Shown here one piece after another: positions 1 to 12,872 of a DNA stretch of 64,000 nucleotides; position 1 is the stretch's first letter; each line of letters opens with the position of its first letter. Origin of the DNA: Fistulifera solaris (lineage: Eukaryota); contig AP026152.1 in the NCBI GenBank assembly GCA_030295235.1, forward strand, positions 62,001-126,000, given 5' to 3'. Below the pieces are notes generated by a model. The model had not been told where the DNA came from, did not search any database, and worked only from the letters and a program-made list of their open reading frames with translations. Made by a program: the position numbers and the translations under genes.

Positions 1-415
1 TGGGTCCAACGTTGAAGACGGCAGAGCCAAGTAAGAGGACTCATCGGCTGTGACTCCAAATAAGTACGAAAATTAGCTGTTACAAACAGTTAAAAATAGC
101 TATAAATAGAAGTACAGGCAATTTATGATTGAGTAGTGGACTAAGTGCCGGATGCTGTATGTATTGATATAATTAGCCATGTCACACGTTCCTAGCGAGA
201 CACACAAAACAGAAACGAGACACAACACACGAACAAGCGCGTTGCAGTCACGAATTCTGCGACGACGCAAGAAGTTGACTTGCAAACGATAAAATCTAGA
301 GAGATCAGTAGCCTAGACTAGTCTCCAGTCTAGATTGAAATAAAATCAATGTCTCTAACTCTATCTATCTGCTAACGTCGAATGAATATCTTTGTGGATT
401 GTTCTTTTCTCATTT

Positions 416-889
416 TACTATAGCCCAAAGTGTTGGTTCTACGATATCACGATTGGATTTCTGCTTTGATTCAATCGAAGATTTCAAACAACATCGTAAG
501 TCCTTGTCCACCATGTTCCGTCCATTATTCCTCGTTGATTAGTTTTCGCATGTTTTAACTGTTGTAACAGCATTGCGCCTAGAGCCTTTATTTCGAACGA
601 CGAACGCCGTTGTGGACCGTTCTTTCCGCATTTACTATGACCCAAAGTGTAAGTTTACGACAATCAAAGAAACGAGCCTCTTTCGAGCCAGATTCCATTG
701 TTATCCATTTTGTTTTGCAAGGTCGGTAGCCCTTCTTCGTTTGAATGGTATAGTTATCGCCTTCATAAGCATATCGAATTCGCGCTTCTAATTGATATGT
801 CGAATATCTTGCCATTATCGTGCTTTTCAATATTTGACTATAGTCCAAAGTGTAGGTTCTACCAAATCACGACTGAATTTAGTCTTGAC
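416..889 (+). repeat. Cluster of 3 forward copies (416, 633, 837) of the dispersed ~55-nt element TACTATAG-n-CCAAAGTGT...CACGACTG-loop-CAGTCATGA
   Basis: TACTATAGCCCAAAGTGTTGGTT at 416, TACTATGACCCAAAGTGT at 633, ACTATAGTCCAAAGTGTAGGTT...CACGACTGAATTTAGTC at 837. Confidence 0.7.
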
Positions 890-1194
890 AATTTTAAGCC
901 AGATTCGGTTTTCAAGCTTGTAAACTTCATTATTTGCCTTTTTACAATGCAAATCCTTTCAGCTGCATTTGTCGTGCACACATTGATGTTATACGTCAAA
1001 TATCCTGCTCAAAAGTGTGGCATGTGGCATCAACTTTACCAGGACTGGGTTTCAGCCACGAATAGCTTCCTACGAACGAATGACGAAACGCACGCGAAAC
1101 GCGAAACATCCTTTCATTTCTTCTCTTTTTGTCATCCGTAAAAAATTAAAGAGGATATCTGGTAGTGCACGGTCATGGTTGCTGTTGCATTGAG

Positions 1195-1683
1195 CCATGA
1201 CTGATAATCCAGTCGTGACGAAAAGCTCTATACTACACGTTGAAAGATACTAATGTGCCGACAAAGATCTTTCGAAACCTTTTCGACGCGAGTTGTTTTA
1301 TGCATTTGAAAACAAAAATATACTCCGTATTTTATCAACAGCTATACCTTGAACGACGATTGTACCATTTATCATTTACCGGTTTATTTTCGGACCCAAT
1401 TGCTGCCGTCTCCATCCTTTTCCGTAGTTCGACCATGACTGAATATCTCAGTCGCGGATGGCTTGAACCAACACTTTGAGCCTATAGTGAACATGGCAGT
1501 CAACGAGCCGGATGCTTTTCTACGCAAAATCATTGCGATGTTACATTGAATGAAGGCCCATTTCATGAAAGAGAAATTTTGGGATTTCATTTTATGTTTG
1601 ATGCGGTCTCCATTTTTGCCGTAGTTCGACCTTAACTCCATTTCAGTCGTTGATGGCGTAAACCAACACTTTGCGACTATAGT
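1195..1683 (-). repeat. Cluster of 3 reverse copies (about 1195, 1433, 1633) of the same CTATAG/hairpin element
   Basis: CATGACTGATAATCCAGTCGTG (about 1195); CATGACTGAATATCTCAGTCGCG...AACCAACACTTTGAGCCTATAGT (1433-1488); CAGTCGTT...AACCAACACTTTGCGACTATAGT (to 1683). Confidence 0.7.
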
Positions 1684-2201
1684 GCTTTTTGAAGTACATT
1701 CGGCTCATCGCATTTTTTTCAACAAAAGCTTGTCAAACCAAAAAGGGGGTGCAAAATAAGCCATCAATGCATTGCTGCCACGAAAGTCTTTAGTTCCCTA
1801 TTCCCTATCGGCGTATCGCTCGTTCATTTCCAAGCCGTATCGTGTCGAACGAATCATTCTGCTGCGTCAAAACCAAAACGCGGCCAAGAATTGTCGTCCC
1901 CCATTCTCGCACACGATCTGTATTAAGAGTATCGTGAACTTCAATCCGAATATTAGAAGGAAGCTGTAGGAGGAGCAGCATTAGTCCGTTTTTGAGCGTC
2001 ATGTTTTTGCTGGTAGCGATGGGGCATAGGCATTTCCAAGGCCTCTTTTCTTGCATTCCACTTACCAACGCGGATAGCCCTGACCACAAAACAATAATCG
2101 CTATGAATACAAACTCGAAACGTAAATAGTTGAATGAAACTTCAAAGATGCAAGGCTTCAGACAATGCCGCCATCAGGTAAACTTCGTAGTGGATGTGCT
2201 G

Positions 2202-2430
2202 TTTTCACATCACCAGAAAATCTGGATTTGTGCTGTTTTCACATCTCCAGAAAATCTGGGATGTGCTGATTTCACATCTCCAGAAAATCTGGGGTGGGGT
2301 GTTTTCACCCTCTCCAGAAAATCTGGGGGAGTGAGGTTTCACCTGTCCAGAAAATCTGGAATGTGTACCAGTAGGTAGACGGTTTTCATGTTTCCAGAAA
2401 ATCTGAAATGTGGTGTTTTCACGTCTCCGG
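2202..2430 (+). repeat. Tandem array, ~33-34 bp period, 6-7 units, core TTTCAC-nnn-TCCAGAAAATCTGG
   Basis: CCAGAAAA at 2213, 2247, 2280, 2314, 2347, 2394; the core CCAGA-AAA-TCTGG is palindromic. Confidence 0.9.
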
Positions 2431-2556
2431 AATGGGGATGTACGGAGTAGTGTTTTTATATGCACACCTTGCTGCTTCATTTATTCTCTATTTCTTGTAT
2501 CTATTCTCTTTTCATTTTGTTATAAACGATGAAGTAGTGTTTTAGTTGCGTCAAAG

Positions 2557-5500
2557 ATGACACGAGATAAGGAAAAGAATCCATCGAAAAAGCGCAAACG
2601 CGCTGCGGTGCCTCCGCCGCCCTTGCCGTTAATACAATTGTTGCAATCGGATCCGGCGGTTCTGCAATACTTTCAAGCTTTGCAACAAAGTCTCGAAGAA
2701 GATGTCCGAATATGGAAGAATCGATATCTGGCGTTGCAAAATGAGCACAAAGCGAAAAAGAAAACCGAGCATCAGGCTTCGAAAAGTAACCAGGCAGTAA
2801 CCAATTCAAAGCAAACACGAAAACAAACACCCAACAAGACAGCAAAGAACCCAAAGAACAACAAACAAAAGGAATTACCGGTGAGAGAAACGATGGATAT
2901 TGAAGATTCTATGTTTGACGACGATTTGTCTTCGGATTCTAGCTCGAACGAAGATGACGGTTATCATCAGGATACTACTGCTGGTCTTTTAATACCAGAT
3001 GAAAGCGATACAGACGATAATCCGAGGCAACATCCAAACAATCAATCACGAGAAGAGTTAGAGGAGGACGCACATCCGAACGATTTGTTTTATCAATTGA
3101 AAGGCAAGGATGTAGAAATATTACGCTGGTTGAAACAAGCGTATAACGATCTAAAACGGCTGGGAGTATCTTTGATTGAACATACTGCGGATGCCAAAGA
3201 TGAAACGAGCAAAATAATTGGAGATGTGCAAGAAGAAACGGATCGGAATGTGACTGCTGACGAGGCAGGCGCAGCAAACAACAAAGACAAGGCAGATTCA
3301 GATACAGACAGCCTTGCTGCCGAAAAGGATGAAGTACAAACAATCGACGCGCCCGCATCAGCAAAAGATACGGTTGAATCCAACGAATTATCACAATCAC
3401 AAGTACCTGTACGGGCGGAGGACAAAAAGTCGTAGAAGAGATTAACCGCGCGTTACACGCCCTTACGCGATTGTATGCCGAGACATCGGAATGGGGTCCA
3501 TTTGGTCCAAGTAACCATGACGACGAGCGCGCAATGCTCGATCGACCGTGTTGGCAGTGTCCGGATCATCCCGCGCACGAAGCAAATGAACGACTGTTTC
3601 AGGCACTACTGGTCATGGATACATTTTGCGATCTCTCTTCTCCGCTTTGTAAATCGGACAGAATGAAAGAATCAGATTTTGTCGACGTTTACTTGGGGAT
3701 GCAGCAACGGAAAAGCACAATTGAAACCTTGATTTTGTATTGGAAAAGCCAAATTCTCGAGGATGACCCCCGCACGGATCGAGCCGCATTGCGTGAGTCG
3801 ACTATTCTCGTGTACGATCCCCTTCACCAGCAGGACTCTGCTTCTCCACCGAAGGGCATTATCGGCGGCTCCAAAAGCTTGGTACGGCTGGCACATTTAG
3901 CGGAGCGTACTTGGCAAAGCTCCTTGTTGGCACAATTGTATTTGTCAAGGGATCAGGTTCAAGCCGCAGCATCTTTGCTCATTGAGTACGTTCAAGTGAC
4001 ACTTCCATCGTTGCAAGACATGGAAGACTATCCGCAGCATCCTCCTATTTTGAGTTTGCTAGTACTGGAGAGTATGATGTTATTAAACACAAAGACGCAC
4101 AACGACTGGTTTCCTCAGTGGTGTCGGAATGAATTGATAAATGAATCCGAGCACCTATTTCGGTCTCTTTCATTGGTGATTGCTGTTTGCGGATGGATAT
4201 GGAAGCAGCGTATTCAAAGCACCGATGATCGGATTCATGACGTGGCTTTGGTAGAATTTCAGTGCTTTCAGCGACTCTCGTCTCTGCCATGGTTACACAT
4301 TCCATTTTCTATCGACGAAATCGACATGTGGGAAGAAGCCAAGAACGTCGGACAGCATTATCTGAACGAGCTCAATGCGATTGTTGATAGCAATTCTTCA
4401 CCTTTGCTTGGTACGAGCGAGATAATTTTGCGAATGTTGTTGGGTAAAATAGATGCAGACATCGACGGAGCCACGGAGCAACACAATCTGCTACCGAAAG
4501 TCGAGGCATTGCGCGAGCTCCGAAATCGTCGACAATGGCCTGCTTCGAAGGACAGCAATACTCCATGGAATCAAGCGACGAATTCACTCGAAGATAGAGT
4601 TTCATCTTATCTCCTGATACTACAAAATATCATGCGAGAAATACGAGAAGCTACGGATCAAGAGGAACGCGTGAAACTTTTGACAACTACATTGATGGCA
4701 AGTCACTCATTGGCTGACGGAAGGATAGCGCTTCAAGCCGCTGCAATACTCGTGACATGTCCGCGACCATTGTCTATGACGAATACATACCGACGAGCTT
4801 TGGATGCGTTTGCAAATATAGCTCAAGTTCCTGTCGTCCGTGTCATCAATCTACAGAAACGTACGGACCGGTGGCAGTGCTTTATGAATCAAGCAAGTTG
4901 TCAGAGACTGCTAGTGGTGAAAGCTGTAGCTTGTCTCTCTGATTCGAAAATTGAAAGTTTTGAGGAAGATTGGGAATTTGGTGGTTCTGGTATTGATGGA
5001 ACGGGCCCGATGGTCGAGGCACAATCACGACTGGAAGCGAAAGTGGGATCGTTTGCTCGATTGAACAAACTTGTCGCTCCCCAATGGCGTCCTCATGATC
5101 TGAAAGCATTTGATCGCGGTGCACCCAATCACGAATCCTTGGTGTCTGCATCCATGAGCGAAAAAGCGTGTGCCTTGTCGCACATTGCGAGCTGGAAAGG
5201 TGCTCGGCGTTCTTTTGATCTGCTCAACAAAAAAGACAACGAAACCTCAGAAGCCGCTTTGTTGTTTCGACATCCCTCCAACATGACACGTCTGTTTAAA
5301 ATCGCTGGCTTTGCCCAAGGGCCACCGTTAATACGACAACAGCAGCTATCACCCCCATCCCCTGTATGCGTGATTCTGGAAGACGATGCTATCTTGGTGG
5401 ACCATTTTGAGGAGCGCTTACAATCTCTGCTGATGGAACTCCCCCGTGATTTTCACATTTGTTGGTTGGGATACAGTCGTCCCAAATCGGCCCCGATCGT

Positions 5501-5894
5501 ACCGTACACCAAACGTGTCGGCATTCCCACCATGTTATGGTACTTGACGGGTTATATTTTGAGCGAAGCCGGTGCTCAGTATTTACTGAATGCACTCCCC
5601 GTCGTGGGACCGGTCGACAGTTGGCTGGGATTGAAGGCTACGACACTGAATTGGGACAACCGCTTTGGCGTTCAAGTGGGCGTCGGAACTCACGGTGGTA
5701 GTGGGACGGTGCAAACACCCAGTCGCAAGGAGCTGGGACAAATTTTGCAATTCCGTGCCTATTGTGCCATGAAACCGTTGGTCACCCAACGTGTATCCAC
5801 AACTTTGAATGATACCAGGGCGTCGAATCGTAATTGGCGACATTTTCGTGATTCGGATATTGAATATAGTGGAGATAAAGTGTCTTTGGCGTAA
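2557..5894 (+). CDS. Large (~1100 aa) protein with N-terminal coiled-coil/acidic region and C-terminal glycosyltransferase family 25 domain; one frameshift at an A-run near 3424-3428
   Basis: GT25 motifs VINLQKRTDRW, EKACALSHIASW, ILEDDA, YILSEAGAQYLL, PVDSWL; adding one A joins ORF 2557 to ORF 3471 (…DK-KVVEEINRALHALTRLYAET…). Confidence 0.75.
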
Positions 5895-5949
5895 TTGTTT
5901 TAATTGCGGACACCTTAGCGCAGCTGCCTGTCTGTAGACCCGTCGTAAC

Positions 5950-5957
5950 TGACGTCA
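5950..5957. promoter_or_regulatory. TGACGTCA (CRE/bZIP-type palindrome) upstream of FPGS
   Basis: Exact palindrome ~150 bp before the ATG at 6109; function not demonstrated. Confidence 0.3.
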
Positions 5958-6108
5958 CTTCGCGAAACACGTGCCGATTTTCCCACCGCGAAAAAAATGA
6001 TCGGCAAAAAGAAATAGAAAAACATTTTGTTTGTCAACCATTACAACTAATAATAGTCCAGACTATACAATCATCACAATCATCAAGAATCCTTTTTGTT
6101 GACGCACA

Positions 6109-7834
6109 ATGACAGAAACCTCCTTTGATTCCGCCGTAGCCGCATTATATTCTTCCGAGCATCAAGCTTCGACGGCCGAAGCGCTGGCGTTAACGGCACA
6201 ACGACGCACCCAAACCATTGCGGATATGCGTATCTATCTGCAACGCGTCGGTTTACTTGAAAACGGAAAATCAGTACTATTTCAAAACAAGCGACTAGTT
6301 CATATTACGGGCACCAAGGGCAAAGGATCGACGGCTTGTTTGTGCGAAACCATTCTCCGGCAAGCGTACGGTTTGCGGACCGGATTGTTTACCAGTCCGC
6401 ATTTGGTCGATATCCGGGAACGAATTCGTGTCAATGGACAGCCCGTTTCGCCAGAAGTGTTTGGGAAAGCGTATTGGACGTTGCGTCAAATGTTGGAGGC
6501 TCCTGCTGGAAACGAACCAAATGCTTTGCCCGTTTTGCCGGGATATTTTCGTATGTTGACTCTCATGGTACGTTCACCCACTGAACACGAAGGAGCAAGA
6601 ACAAGTAGTGACTCACTTCATCACCGCTCATCACCAGGCTTTATACATCTTTTCACATTACGAACCATCCATTGATGTAATTATCTTGGAAGTAGGCATG
6701 GGAGGTCGATTCGATGCGACCAACTCATTGGATTTGGATACTACTTGGAAGTCGTACGCGTGCGGTATTACGAAATTGGATTACGATCATGTGCGTGTAC
6801 TAGGACATCGTTTGGAACAAATTGCTTGGGAGAAAGCTGGCATATTTTTGAAAAACAAATTATCGCCAGGAACACCACGGCCACCGGATGATGTTGGCGA
6901 TGAGATTGACGAAGCTTCTGCTACCAAAGTGCCAAAGTCTACATCGGTAAAGAACGACTGCAAATATTTTGCACTCGATCCCAAGAAAGCGTCCGTACAA
7001 CAAGTACTCGAAGAATGCGCGCTAGGAGAAAAGCTCTGTTTCGTGGCCGGTTCGTACGAACGTGAATTACCGCCCGATGCTCCCATTGGATTGGCCGGAA
7101 ATCATCAGCGCGACAATGCGGAATTGGCCATGGCCTTGTGTCAGGCCGTGTGTGACGATAAGTCCGTGTCATCCACCGACATACATGCCGCGATCGCTCA
7201 GGCAAAATGGTTGGGTCGATGTCAAACCATTGTTTTGGAACCAAAGCTCAATATTCGTTTGGACGGCGCTCATACGGTCGAATCGGTCCACGTGGGGTTG
7301 GAATGGTTCGATCAAGTAGCCGTGCCGGGTGCGCAGCGTCATTTGATTTTCAATTGCAGTCACGAACGGAACCCAGTGGAACTGTTAGAACGATTTGTTC
7401 CGTTGGGATTTCATTCCGTTTCGTTTTGCAAAGCCGATTCGGAGCGTCCGAGTGCGATACAAAAACCGAGTGCGAAAGCATTATTACAAACTTGGCAATC
7501 TTCGATACCGAAATCAGAAGATAGCAACGGTGATGACAGTCCATACAGTCATCTTCCCGACCAACCCGAGGCCACATGGCAAGAGACATTGTGTAACATA
7601 TGGTGTGCTTTAGAAAGGGAACTCCTTCCAGACAGCAACAAAGCAGTCGCCAGTGGCACCATGACTTTGTCGGCTTCTTTGGATCAAATTCGACAATCGC
7701 TGAAAGAAGACGAAGGTGCATCTGGCGAAGTGTTAATCGCCGGATCTTTATATCTAGTCGGATCGGCCCTGTCGGCATTGTGTTGGAAAGAAACAGACGC
7801 AGAGGGAACATTGATAGCAGACGAGTCGTCGTGA
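6109..7834 (+). CDS. FPGS: Folylpolyglutamate synthase; intron 6568-6637
   Basis: HITGTKGKGST, GLFTSPHL..IRERIR, LEVGMGGRFDATN, LDYDH, WEKAGI, WLGRCQ, LDGAHT, GSLYLVG; GT..AG intron restores the frame. Confidence 0.93.
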
Positions 7835-8729
7835 ACAAAAACAAGAGTAGATTTGGGTGATAAACTAGACAACTACTGTCTGCAGGCTGACTAATCTCGC
7901 TCTCTAGACTTGTTCAAGACGTAGGGAATTCGATTCCTGCTCTCTAAGCGTAGAATACCCGATATAAGTCAATCAAGGGAGTGAGCAATTCACTATTCAC
8001 ATTCTTGGGTCGAATTACTTCTAACTTTTATTTTATGCAGGAAGATGAATGAATACCAATATCTAGAACCCGGGACTGAATATCATTTGAGTCGTTAAAA
8101 ATGTCGTCTACTTTTTGTATGATACACAAAATAAATCCGCCAAGCGCCGCGAAAGAAAACGCTGCGGATTGCCTCAACCATGGCCTCTTGTGAAATTCAC
8201 GATTACAAAGCAACGATGGCGGAATGTTTTATTAACCAAAATTATAGCAGAACTATTTTGTTCGACCTATATGCTAAAAAACCTTTGTGATCGAAAGCGA
8301 GTCGGTCTGTCCTTCTGTCTTGTCGATGACATTCGGGACGCTTCCACGAAGCGCACCACAAAATTGCCTTTCCGTTGATCCTCTATCAGCAAAAATTTAT
8401 GTACTCTCAATTTCATCACCCGGTACTCATCCGTTAAATACTGAAGCAAAGAGAACATCGAAACATCTAAACAGCCACAACGAAAGATCGAACGGCAATG
8501 AGTTGTTAGACAGTCACAGGAGATCACTTATAGAAGAATTCTCGGGAACGGTTATAGCCTTCCCGGCGTGCACGCCTTGAATGTTCGGAGCGGTCAAGAC
8601 TGCCGCTTCTCCTCGTTTCCTCTCTCTCATTGACGTTATTGCTCTCTCTCTTCATCCGTCGTTACTTCCGTCGACTTGCCTCTATTCTCTCATAACTTTC
8701 TCTACTACTTTACAAAGCAACCAATCATC

Positions 8730-10046
8730 ATGTCAATGGCAATGGGAGCAAAGCTCCAATTGGAGCCGGGAAGTTTGATGGAAACTCTGTACGACATTTA
8801 CATTGGGATTGTCGTCGGAGCCAACCATTCGTTCTACATTGTCTCGCGTTGGTGGTACCTTAACCTGTTTCGACCCATTCTGCTGGCGTTTGGAATTGAT
8901 TGGGGGTCTTTGAGGCCAAAACGGCCGCCGCAGGAACGAAAGAAACCTTGAAAGTGGTGGCCGTCGGCTACGGCCGTACGGGGACGGTACGTGGTGCGCG
9001 TCGTATCGTGTCCGTTGGAGTAACGGATGATAAGCCTAAAAACGCCTTTGGTGTTTTGTGGGTCTTCATCGTTAAACCAAAAACGTCCTACGATGTCCTT
9101 TGACAAAGGAAATGACCTTCTTGTTTCCTCTTCACGATGATAACGAATAGCGAAGGGCTCTTTGTGTCGAAATGAATGATGTAATACCTCACAATCCTTT
9201 CCCTTTCTCTACGAACAGTACTCGCTGATGCTCGCACTCGATGAACTCGGCTTTCCGTGCTTGCACACGCAACATTTGTACGAACACAATGAGATTATTT
9301 CCATGTGGACGAACGAAGTGTTTACACCTGCCGTTAAAGCGAATCACGCTTCCATGGGAAAGCCGGATTTTCAACTCATTGTGGATCATGGATTCACGGC
9401 TACCGCAGATTTGCCCATGGCGTTGTATTTTGATCAAATTGCGGAGCAATATCCGGATTGTAAATTCATTTTGACGACGCGGGATAATTCGGAAGTTTGG
9501 TTTCGCTCGTGGGATACTTTGACCAAGTCAATTACACAGCCAACGCACTTGGGTGCTTGGTTCTTTACCAATGTGAGGCAATATTCTTTGTATTTGCGAT
9601 GGTTGTTCTCGGTTGTCAATAAGGACGATAGTTACTTGACGGCCAAACTTCCTTTGCCCGATCAAAACCGAGAGGCAGCCATTGCTTCTTACGAGGAACA
9701 CAACAAACGGGTGCGCGAACTCATTCCGGCTGACAGATTGTTAGAATACAATGTCAAGCAAGGATGGGAGCCATTATGTCAATTCCTCAACATTGCGCAA
9801 TGTCCCGATACTCCCTTTCCCAAAACCAATTCCGCCCGCAGTGTACAGGTACAGGCGATTTCGGCGACCATCATTCCGTTGGTGATTGTTTTGTTCATTT
9901 TGTTTACAGCATTTGCCAAATTCTTTCAAAAGGCGACCAATCAAACGGTCTTACAATGGACCAATTGTCGGTCGAAACAATTGCTGCGAAAGGTCTTGCT
10001 CGGTGAAAAGGTTGTTTATGTGCCTTCCAAGAAGCAAAAGCTATAG
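8730..10046 (+). CDS. Sulfotransferase-like P-loop protein (Sulfotransfer_4 type); intron 8987-9218; frameshift near 8948
   Basis: LKVVAVGYGRTGT-YSLMLALDELGF, DLP, YPDCKFILTTR, WFRS, HNKRVRELIPADRLL, GWEPLCQFL, PFPKTN; C-terminal hydrophobic segment. Confidence 0.8.
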
Positions 10047-10154
10047 TGCGCAGGAACTAAATTTATATGTGTGTGTGACTGGTAATAATAAAGAACGATT
10101 TATAGCTCTCTTTTCGAAAGTCTATAGTTTTTCATAGCAGTCTAGTCGATGGAG

Positions 10155-10690
10155 TACCACAGACTTTCGGATTGACCAAAAACTTCGATTATCTGGAACG
10201 TCCACAGAATGAATCTTTTGAAGCACCGATTCCAGATTTTCTGGAACGTTCACAGAATCTCTGTATCATCCGAAACAAAAATTCCAGAATTTCTGGAATA
10301 GGCACAGACTTTCGGGTTGACCAAAACACTTTTGGGCTTTTGTGTTGACCCAAAACTCCGATTCCATATTATTTTCTGAAATGTCGTCAGAATCTCTTTT
10401 TGATCCATAACACCTTTTCCAGATTTTCTGGAACGGCCACAGAATCTCTGCTTGATCCAAAACAACAATTCCAGAATTTCTGGAATCGCCACAGAATCTC
10501 TGTTTTACCCAAATTACCAATTCCAGAATTTCTGGAATTGCCACAGAATCTCTGTTTTACTCAAATTACCAATTCCAGAGTTTCTGGAATTGCCACAGAA
10601 TCTTTGCTTGATCCAAAACAACAATTCCAGAATTTATGGAATGACCACAGAATCTCTGTTTGACCCAAACTACCGATTCCAGAATTGGTG
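10155..10690 (+). repeat. Tandem array, 52-bp period, ~10 units, palindromic core TTCCAGAATTTCTGGAA
   Basis: AGAATCT at 10441, 10493, 10545, 10597, 10649 (52-bp spacing); more degenerate units upstream. Confidence 0.92.
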
Positions 10691-10968
10691 TTTGCGCCAT
10701 CGCGTACGCGAAAAACGCAAAACGGGTCCATTCATCTTCCTTGCTCATGACTCGCAACAATGCAGTCGTGGCGAAAACGGACAACACTCTAGAGTCCATA
10801 GTAGCGTACGTCGGACGTCCGCATTCCGCACCAGCTGGTGTTGACGTCATCATCATCGTCTCTCTTTGCTTCCATTGATTTCCTCCCAACTCGCATGGAA
10901 GGCAAACATCCTATCATTTGCAATCATCTTGATACATTCCTCTTTTAACATCATATTCTAACTGCACA

Positions 10969-11652
10969 ATGAAACGATTTGCGGTGACTTGTATGACAAA
11001 GAGTGTCCTGACGCGACGTGCGGTTGTTGTGCCGCGTGTTTTCCCCGTTGCGGAACTGCGTCGCTGGAGTTCGACCGATGCTGCGGGAAATAACAATCAG
11101 AACACTACAAATCCGACTGAATCCGAAGCAGAAGAACCCAAAGTAGAAGAAAACGAAACACAGCAACCCGTTCAAGAAAAAGAAGACCCTGTTCCCGCGT
11201 TGCAAGCACAAATCAAAGAATTGAAAGATCAAATGCTCCGCAGTTTGGCCGAACAAGAGAATACTCGTCGGATTGCGCAACGCGATGTCAGTCAAGCGAA
11301 ACAATTTGCCATTCAATCCTTTGCGAAGAGTCTGTTGGAAACGTCCGACAATTTGGAACGCGCGTTGGCGTTTGCCACGGAACAAGAGCAAACGAGTGCA
11401 CTGTACGAAGGCGTCAAAATGACCGAACATTTGTTACTAAAAGCGTTCGAGAAAAATGGTTTAATGAAATTTGGTGCCGTTGGGGATGTCTTTGATCCCA
11501 ATCAACACGAAGCCTTGTTTGAATACGAAGATGCGAATGGTGTGACGGGTACCGTTGGGCAAGTCATGAAATCGGGATTTTTGTTGCACAGTCGAGTGTT
11601 GCGACCGGCAGAAGTGGGTGTCATCAAGAAGACCGAGGAATCGTCTTCGTAG
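10969..11652 (+). CDS. grpE: Mitochondrial GrpE nucleotide exchange factor (Mge1-like)
   Basis: LRSLAEQENTRR, FAKSLLETSDNLERAL, EGVKMT, FDPNQHEALF, GFLLHSRVLRPAEVGV; Arg-rich N-terminal presequence. Confidence 0.95.
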   Translation: MKRFAVTCMTKSVLTRRAVVVPRVFPVAELRRWSSTDAAGNNNQNTTNPTESEAEEPKVEENETQQPVQEKEDPVPALQAQIKELKDQMLRSLAEQENTRRIAQRDVSQAKQFAIQSFAKSLLETSDNLERALAFATEQEQTSALYEGVKMTEHLLLKAFEKNGLMKFGAVGDVFDPNQHEALFEYEDANGVTGTVGQVMKSGFLLHSRVLRPAEVGVIKKTEESSS

Positions 11653-11849
11653 AGATAAATTGAAATCTATCGTACTCTGTAGTTGAGCAGCAATAGACGT
11701 AACAGTAGCAGATCGAATAGGCGAGTGAAATAGTCAAACGTTTACACAAGGAAAAGAAACAACAATGTCTGCATTCGAAAAGAATTGCGCCTCTACTAGA
11801 CTTGTTCTCTATCCCTTTATTCTCCGTAATAAACTATTGTTACTCCCAA

Positions 11850-12427
11850 TTACTTGATCACCAACATTTTGAATTCTTCAAAACTAATCTCCCCATCTCC
11901 ATCCGTATCGACTTCATCCATGATAAGCGTAATTTCTTCTTCCGTCAAATCTTGGGCCAACTTTTTCATCAAAGTCCGCATCTCATTTCGATCAATGCAA
12001 CCACTGCCATCGGCATCAAACATATCAAAGACTTCTCGCAAATGCGTTTCGGCATCGTCGCCCGATTCTCCCATGCGCAAACGCATTAGGGCCAAGAATT
12101 CTTCAAAATCAATTTCGCCGTCGCCATTCGTATCGACGGCAATAATCATGTCATCAATTTCTTCATCTGTCGGATTGTCGCCGAGTTGTGTAATGACTTG
12201 CTTTAATTCGTGTGTTTCAATGGTGCCTGTAGGGAAGACGCGTGTGGGTGTGAGTAGTACCTTCTTTCCTACCTACCAACATCAAACAAACGTACCTCCC
12301 CCATCCAGATCAAACATACGAAAGGCGTCTCGAAAGGCTTTTAGTTCGGTATCAGTGAATTCACGGTCAATCATTTGCGGTTCCGCCGTGGGAAGATTGT
12401 ACTTTTGTACATTTTCGGTCGCGGCAT
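11850..12427 (-). CDS. Calmodulin-like protein with 4 EF-hands; intron ~12227-12295; start either 12374 or 12427 (the latter needs a 1-nt correction)
   Basis: FRMFDLDGGG/GTIETHELK, DTNGDGEIDFEEF, DADGSGCIDRNEM, DTDGDGEISFEEF. Confidence 0.88.
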
Positions 12428-12699
12428 GTTGCGTGTGAATTGTTTATTTAAGGAGAACAAAAAGAGATGATTGACAGGTGAATCGATTGGCTGGCTTGCT
12501 CAGGGCACGAATGTTGCTTACTACGTAATTGTTACGGGGTATTGTTATTGCTGTTTGCTTTTCAAGGATAATAGCAGAATCATCGCTTGTGATGAGAGGT
12601 GACGAAAAAAAGAGACATTTTTGACACCGCCGTTGGCGTACCAGGTATCCAGTGACTTTTCCGCCGGCCGGGAGCGCGCGCTGATGGCTGTGATGTTTT

Positions 12700-12872
12700 A
12701 TGTTTTCACTTGTCCAGAAAATGTGGGGACGATGTGACGTTTCCACGTTTCCAGGAAATGTGGGTGTGTGATGTTTTCACGTATCCAGAAAATGTGAACG
12801 AGTGATGTTTTCACCTCTCTAGAAAATGTGGGCGAGTGATGTTTTCACGTGTCCAGAAAATGTGGGGTTGTG
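12700..12872 (+). repeat. Tandem array, ~34-bp period, 5 units, same family as 2202-2430 (TTTTCAC-nnn-TCCAGAAAATGTGG)
   Basis: Cores at 12714, 12751, 12785, 12819, 12853. Confidence 0.88.

Noticed and set aside
1..2100. ORFs of 60-147 aa and a possible LTR/transposase at the window start
   Set aside because: No recognisable domains, PBS/PPT or paired LTRs; the region looks non-coding apart from the CTATAG/hairpin copies.
2202..2430. CRISPR-like repeat/spacer look of the 34-bp palindromic array (also 12700-12872)
   Set aside because: The variable part is only ~10 nt and similar between units, the repeats are degenerate, the context is eukaryotic and no cas genes are present; it is a minisatellite.
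10155..10844. ORFs with repeating IPEFLE/SRISGIATESL peptides, and possible CRISPR
   Set aside because: The 52-bp period is not a multiple of 3 and the same peptides appear in several frames; whole units repeat with no unique spacers.
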